Assembly: GCA_010405405.1 (NCBI GenBank)
Contig: MU004231.1
Location: 3,218,401 to 3,282,400 of the forward strand
Origin: Microthyrium microscopicum
Lineage: Eukaryota
Direction of reading: 5' to 3'
Length of the DNA stretch: 64,000 nt
The position numbers and the translations under genes were made by a program. Numbering within the stretch: position 1 is the first letter of the stretch; every line of letters begins with the position of its first letter. Below the pieces are notes generated by a model. That model was given only the letters and a program-made list of their open reading frames with translations. It had not been told where the DNA came from and made no database searches. Of this stretch, positions 59,440-64,000 are shown piece by piece.

Positions 59440-60592
59440 TACCTCGACTTCTAGCGCATCCAAGCAATTGTCCGCTTCCGACAGACCTGACTGCAGTCCA
59501 GCTATATGTGAATCAAGCATCGTATCTCGTTGCGTTTGCACTTACTGGGAGCATGCCACTCATTTTGACTGACGAGTCCTTTCCAACAAAATTGGGAATT
59601 TCATCACCCGTACCCCGTTCAATGACCCGGAAGTAACTTCACAGTAGTCATCTAATCGTCAAACACTTAGCCGATCCTCACCGTAATCATACACAGTTAT
59701 GACAAAAAAGTCCTTCCTTTGATTGCAGCTTGGCTACATTCCCACAAAATCGAACCTTACCAAGAAACCCGACAACACACAGAATCCAGACACCAAAAAA
59801 GGAAACTTATGAGTCTATCTTGATTGGGTGGGACCTGGACTGCTTCGAAAGAATCAATTGGAAATTATCACAGAAAAAAACCTGTTGGAGGTGGGTGGAT
59901 TTGGTGAATGGAGGTTGTGAGTGGCTCGAGTGAGGCTGTCGTCACTGCAAGTTTCCGTAGCAAAAGAATGGAAAGTTTTCTTCAAGTTTGAAGTCGTACT
60001 AACAGTTTTACTCCGCAATGAGGTTTGAAATCAATTTCCAGGCACAATAGTAGTGTCGGCGGAAGTAGAGATCGAAAAGCAAAGCACAGTGCAGTGATGT
60101 CCAGCTGTGAGCCAACCAGACCAATAGAGTAGCCTTTAAGGGAATGGCTTTACAAGAACCAAAATGCAGCTGGACCCTACCAACAGCATCGAATCTCCTA
60201 ATTCTGTGTTCAGTTCCAACAAATTGGTGATTTGAACCACCTTTCAGAAGCATCATACTCAAGAGTTGAAGTACCAAGACTGCTAGAACTCGTGATCTGT
60301 CTGCACTTGAGTTAAGCTCTGAAGCAGTCATGAACTACATACCTTCAACTATACAACGAAGCCTTAAAGATGTAGTTGAAGGCTTGGCCAGTCAAGCATG
60401 AACAGCATTGGCTCAGGGCTTTAAATTCAAAACGCAGGGCCTCAACACCTGGCCTCGGCCAAGTAAGAAAAATAGAAATAGATGCTATAGTTGAGCAAGT
60501 TATAGAACGACCTCACAGATGTTACTAGCTGCAATAAATTTCACTCTACTTCTCATGTAGGCTTGCTGGAGGAGACGATAGCACACAGCACC

Positions 60593-62057
60593 ATGGCGTT
60601 ACGGAACAGCCTCATTCGAGCTCTCGCAGCCATATCAATAATCTACTCATTCTCCACCCCAGTTCTTGCTGAAGGAGAGAAGCAACAAGTGTTAGAGCCA
60701 GGACTCGACGGCACATTAAACCACATCAAATATGAAGCAGCCAGCACACCACCATCAGAGGCCACGATATCTCGCGCCATTGAGCGCGACTACTATAAAC
60801 AAAAGTACATGAACACGATAACTGACGAGGGCGTGGATAGCTTGGACCAGAGCAGCAAGCGATATTGGTTACTTTGGTGTATGTATGGCTTTGAGCGCCA
60901 TGGAATACGTTATCAGAATGAGATTAAGAAATGGGCTGTGAGATACGCTGGTATATCTGAAAAACATCGCAAAGTACATTAACTTCCCAGGCCAGACCAA
61001 ATTGTCCAGACTAACATAGGCTTCAGATCGTGAAATCCTCATCAGACTACGAGAAAATCTACGACACAGTCCATGATCTTTGGGTAAGCCACCCAAATCC
61101 CCCCTATCTCCCATGCTAACAAATCCCCCCCAGGGAATCAACGGCCAAATCGCCAAAGACGTCGTCACCCATGCCCTCGCCTACTACTCCATCCCGCGCG
61201 ACGAACTAGACCGCTTCATCCTCGTCCAAGAATACAACGAAAACTGGGATAATCAAGAACGCGTCAACGAAGCAATCCAGCACGTCGTCCGTGACTGGGC
61301 CACCGAAGGCCAGCACGAGCGCGCCACAGCCATGAAGACACTCACCGACATGCTCACCACACACTTCCCCTCCCGCTCAGTCTCACAACCAGCGCGCGTT
61401 CTCGTACCTGGCGCAGGACTAGGAAGATTAGCGCATGAGATTGCAGAGTTGGGTGGGTTCAGCGTGACGGCGAATGAGTGGAGCGCATATATGCGCCTTG
61501 CGTATCGATATGTTACGAGTTTAAGGAAGAAGGAGAGCGAGACGAACCACCCGTTCCTAGATTGGTGGTCATACCAGCCCTCTCGTACAGAAATGACACG
61601 CCCTGTACTCTTTCCTGACAGCGTCGTCCCGTCAAGCGGTCCGCAAGAAGTCGTTATGGTAGAAGGAGATTGGACTGTTGAATTCGCCAACGATACTGCC
61701 GTATACGACGCAGTGGTAACATTCTTCTTCATGGATACCGCGACAAACATGCTCGACTACATGGATACTCTATCACGTGTGCTGAAGCCTGGTGGCATGT
61801 GGATCAACCTGGGTCCGTTGCTATATCATGATGCGGCGGTGGAGTTTAGTCTGGAGGATTGGATGGATGTTGCAGAAAAGGGGTACGGCTTTGAGTTTGT
61901 CGATGTGCCGGAGGAGTGGGGACCGTTGACGCTGAAGAGCAAGAAGGCGCGGAATAGGGATATTGGGTATATGTATCATAAGGAGAGTTTGAGGAGGAAT
62001 ATTTATAATGCGCAGCTTTTTGCGGCGGTTAAGAAGGAGACAGACTTGGATGAATAG
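60593..62057 (+). CDS. N2227-like (carnosine N-methyltransferase family) SAM-dependent methyltransferase with predicted signal peptide; 3 exons
   Basis: Motifs HVVRDWATEG..ER, VLVPGAGLGRLA, VVTFFFMDTA and GGMWINLGPLLYH. The N-terminus MALRNSLIRALAAISIIYSFSTPVLA is hydrophobic. Confidence 0.9.
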
Positions 62058-62411
62058 GCACAGGACTGGGTTGAAAAGCAGCTTTGAGAATTTCCAAGTA
62101 GCGGCGTTTGGTTTGGTCTGGTCATAACATTAGCTGGGAGCACAATGATACTAGAAGATTGACTAAATGTCTAGGACTTGATTCCTGGTATTCATTAAGA
62201 GCTCAGCTTTGTTGCTCCCGGCCTCGAGACCCGTCTAACGATACGACTTTCGCGGGACGCCTTGCTATGTTATGATACAATTCTCTGCCACTGATCCTTT
62301 TTGGCAGATGATTTAGAAGTTCGTGGATCTAAAGTGATAGCGTTGATGAGAAAGTCAAAAAGGTTGACTTGATTATTACAATCGAATATATGTGAGGTAA
62401 ACGATAGCTCG

Positions 62412-64000
62412 TTACCGGTAATACAATGATTCTGCTAAGTAGATGACGCCAAATACCAAAAATGCTATTGCACCTCCGAGGGTGACTGAAAAGGTTAGTA
62501 TAATGTTTTGGTGGAGATGAAGAATCGACTTTACCTATGCGCATGCTGACTTTTCCAGCCAGAGCTCTTCCTCCTATCACAGCAACAGCGGAGCACATCG
62601 CATGCCCGACTACCGCACCAGCAGTGATCCACCAATAATCCTGTCCTGCAGCCATTGCAATGGTAGCAATTTGGCTTCGATCTCCCCACTCGCCAAGGAA
62701 CGTCATGGCGAAAGTTTGTACCCAAGCTGGTGATAGTAAAAGTGAGCACAGATTATTAAATCCTGAAAGAATAGACGATAAAGAAGAGCTGGCACCAGGC
62801 GTTGGTGGCGGCGATGGTGATGTTGATGGACTGCGAAGGGGCGCTGGTAGGGTAGATGATGAGGAGCGTAGACGGCCTAAGCGACCTGATTCCATGAGAT
62901 AAGGCGAGACACTAGACCGTCGCTTAGACCGTCGCATTTCTTGTTCTTTTTCTTCCAATTCCATTTCAACTTCTCTCATTTCTTCTCCAACACCCTCCTC
63001 GGCGTCCATTGCTAGACCCTCTCTTAACAGTTTTATTCCGAATACAAAGAAGAGCAATGCAGCTGCATATCCAGTGAGCTTCTTGGGAAGTAATGTTGGA
63101 ACAGCATGGCCAAGGACAGCAGATAGGACAGTCATAACGAACAGCGCAGATACTGCGGCCGAAAATACAACCATTCTGTCATGTCTCATGGCCATGAGTG
63201 CCGCAACGAGAAAAGTCTTGTCACCAATTTCGGAGAATATGATCATTGTCCAGGAGATAAAAAATGAGTGAAATGGATGTAGTAGAGAATCGTCGATTGG
63301 TTCCGCGGATCCAGGTAATTTCGTTTTTGGGTCGGAATCGTGAAGAGTTGGAGGATTAGGATGAGGAATATCGTGTGGCTTTTCTGGTAGATCGGCCGGT
63401 TTCTAAAGGCATCATTAGAAAGTTGTCAAGTTTCGCGTGATTCCCATAACTTACTTCAAGACCTGCTGCACCTTTCTTCTTTTCCTTCTCGTCGTCACCG
63501 TCTTTCGAACTTGGCGTCGATTTCGACTTGCCATTGTCCACTCGAGGTGGAGCCTCCTTGGGTTGTTCGGGCTTCTTCTTCTCGGCTTCACCCTTCTCCT
63601 TTCTTTCTCGGTCTTTCTGGCTCACGCCTCCTTCTGTTCCTGTTGGACCAGTAACTTTCTTATGACTGGTTAAATCTGCCATAACACCATCGTCTTCTGG
63701 ACGGTCGAATGTCTCTGCCAGCACCTTCTCCTTCTCTTTTCCACTCGCTGGTTTGGTGGAAGAACCAAGATCCTCTATCTGCTGTGACTGCTTTTTCCTT
63801 GTGCTCTCCACGTAAGGTCCAGCATGTGGTTTTCCATCTAAGCCATCAACTGGAGCATCCTTAGTCCCGGCTCCTTTCGAAGCTGGCGGTCCGGATACCG
63901 CGATAGCCGAGTCTATTGCGGTAGAGTCTTTCGATTGATCGGCTTGTAGCTTTGTGCTTGATTTTTCAACGGCGAGGGCTGCGACTATAGAAGGAAGTAG
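62412..64000 (-). CDS. GDT1: GDT1/TMEM165 (UPF0016) Ca2+/Mn2+ transporter; 5' end lies beyond the window
   Basis: Both family motifs are present (SEIGDKTF and GEWGDRSQ). The last exon ends TLGGAIAFLVFGVIYLAESLYYR* at 62412. Confidence 0.95.

Overview
Eukaryotic DNA from a filamentous ascomycete (short GT-AG introns with CTAAC/CTGAC branch points, clear repeat-induced point mutation, RIP). Bases 1-38,990 and 59,086-64,000 are gene-dense. They hold a DUF6536-type membrane protein, a 30-aa three-exon metallothionein, NADP-isocitrate dehydrogenase, a Ca2+/H+ exchanger, a Zn2Cys6 factor, 6-phosphogluconolactonase, a UBE2O-like E2, ERG28, GAL7, a Yip1-family protein, F-box-like orphans, an N2227-type methyltransferase and GDT1. 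The main finding is that the AT-rich block at 38,991-59,080 appears to be one 20,090-bp DNA transposon destroyed by RIP. It has terminal inverted repeats and a 5-bp target-site duplication (ATGGT / RIP-altered ATAGT). A RecQ-like SF2 helicase relic lies near the left end and a DUF6589/Academ-type transposase relic near the right end, in convergent orientation, with about 12 kb of unidentified relict sequence between them. It sits inside an F-box-like gene whose two halves rejoin in frame when the element is removed. The window also carries three families of short foldback (MITE-like) elements. One family appears, intact or as fragments, in five of the six introns of the UBE2O-like gene. Exon boundaries and de-RIP translations were read by hand, and no database searches were run.
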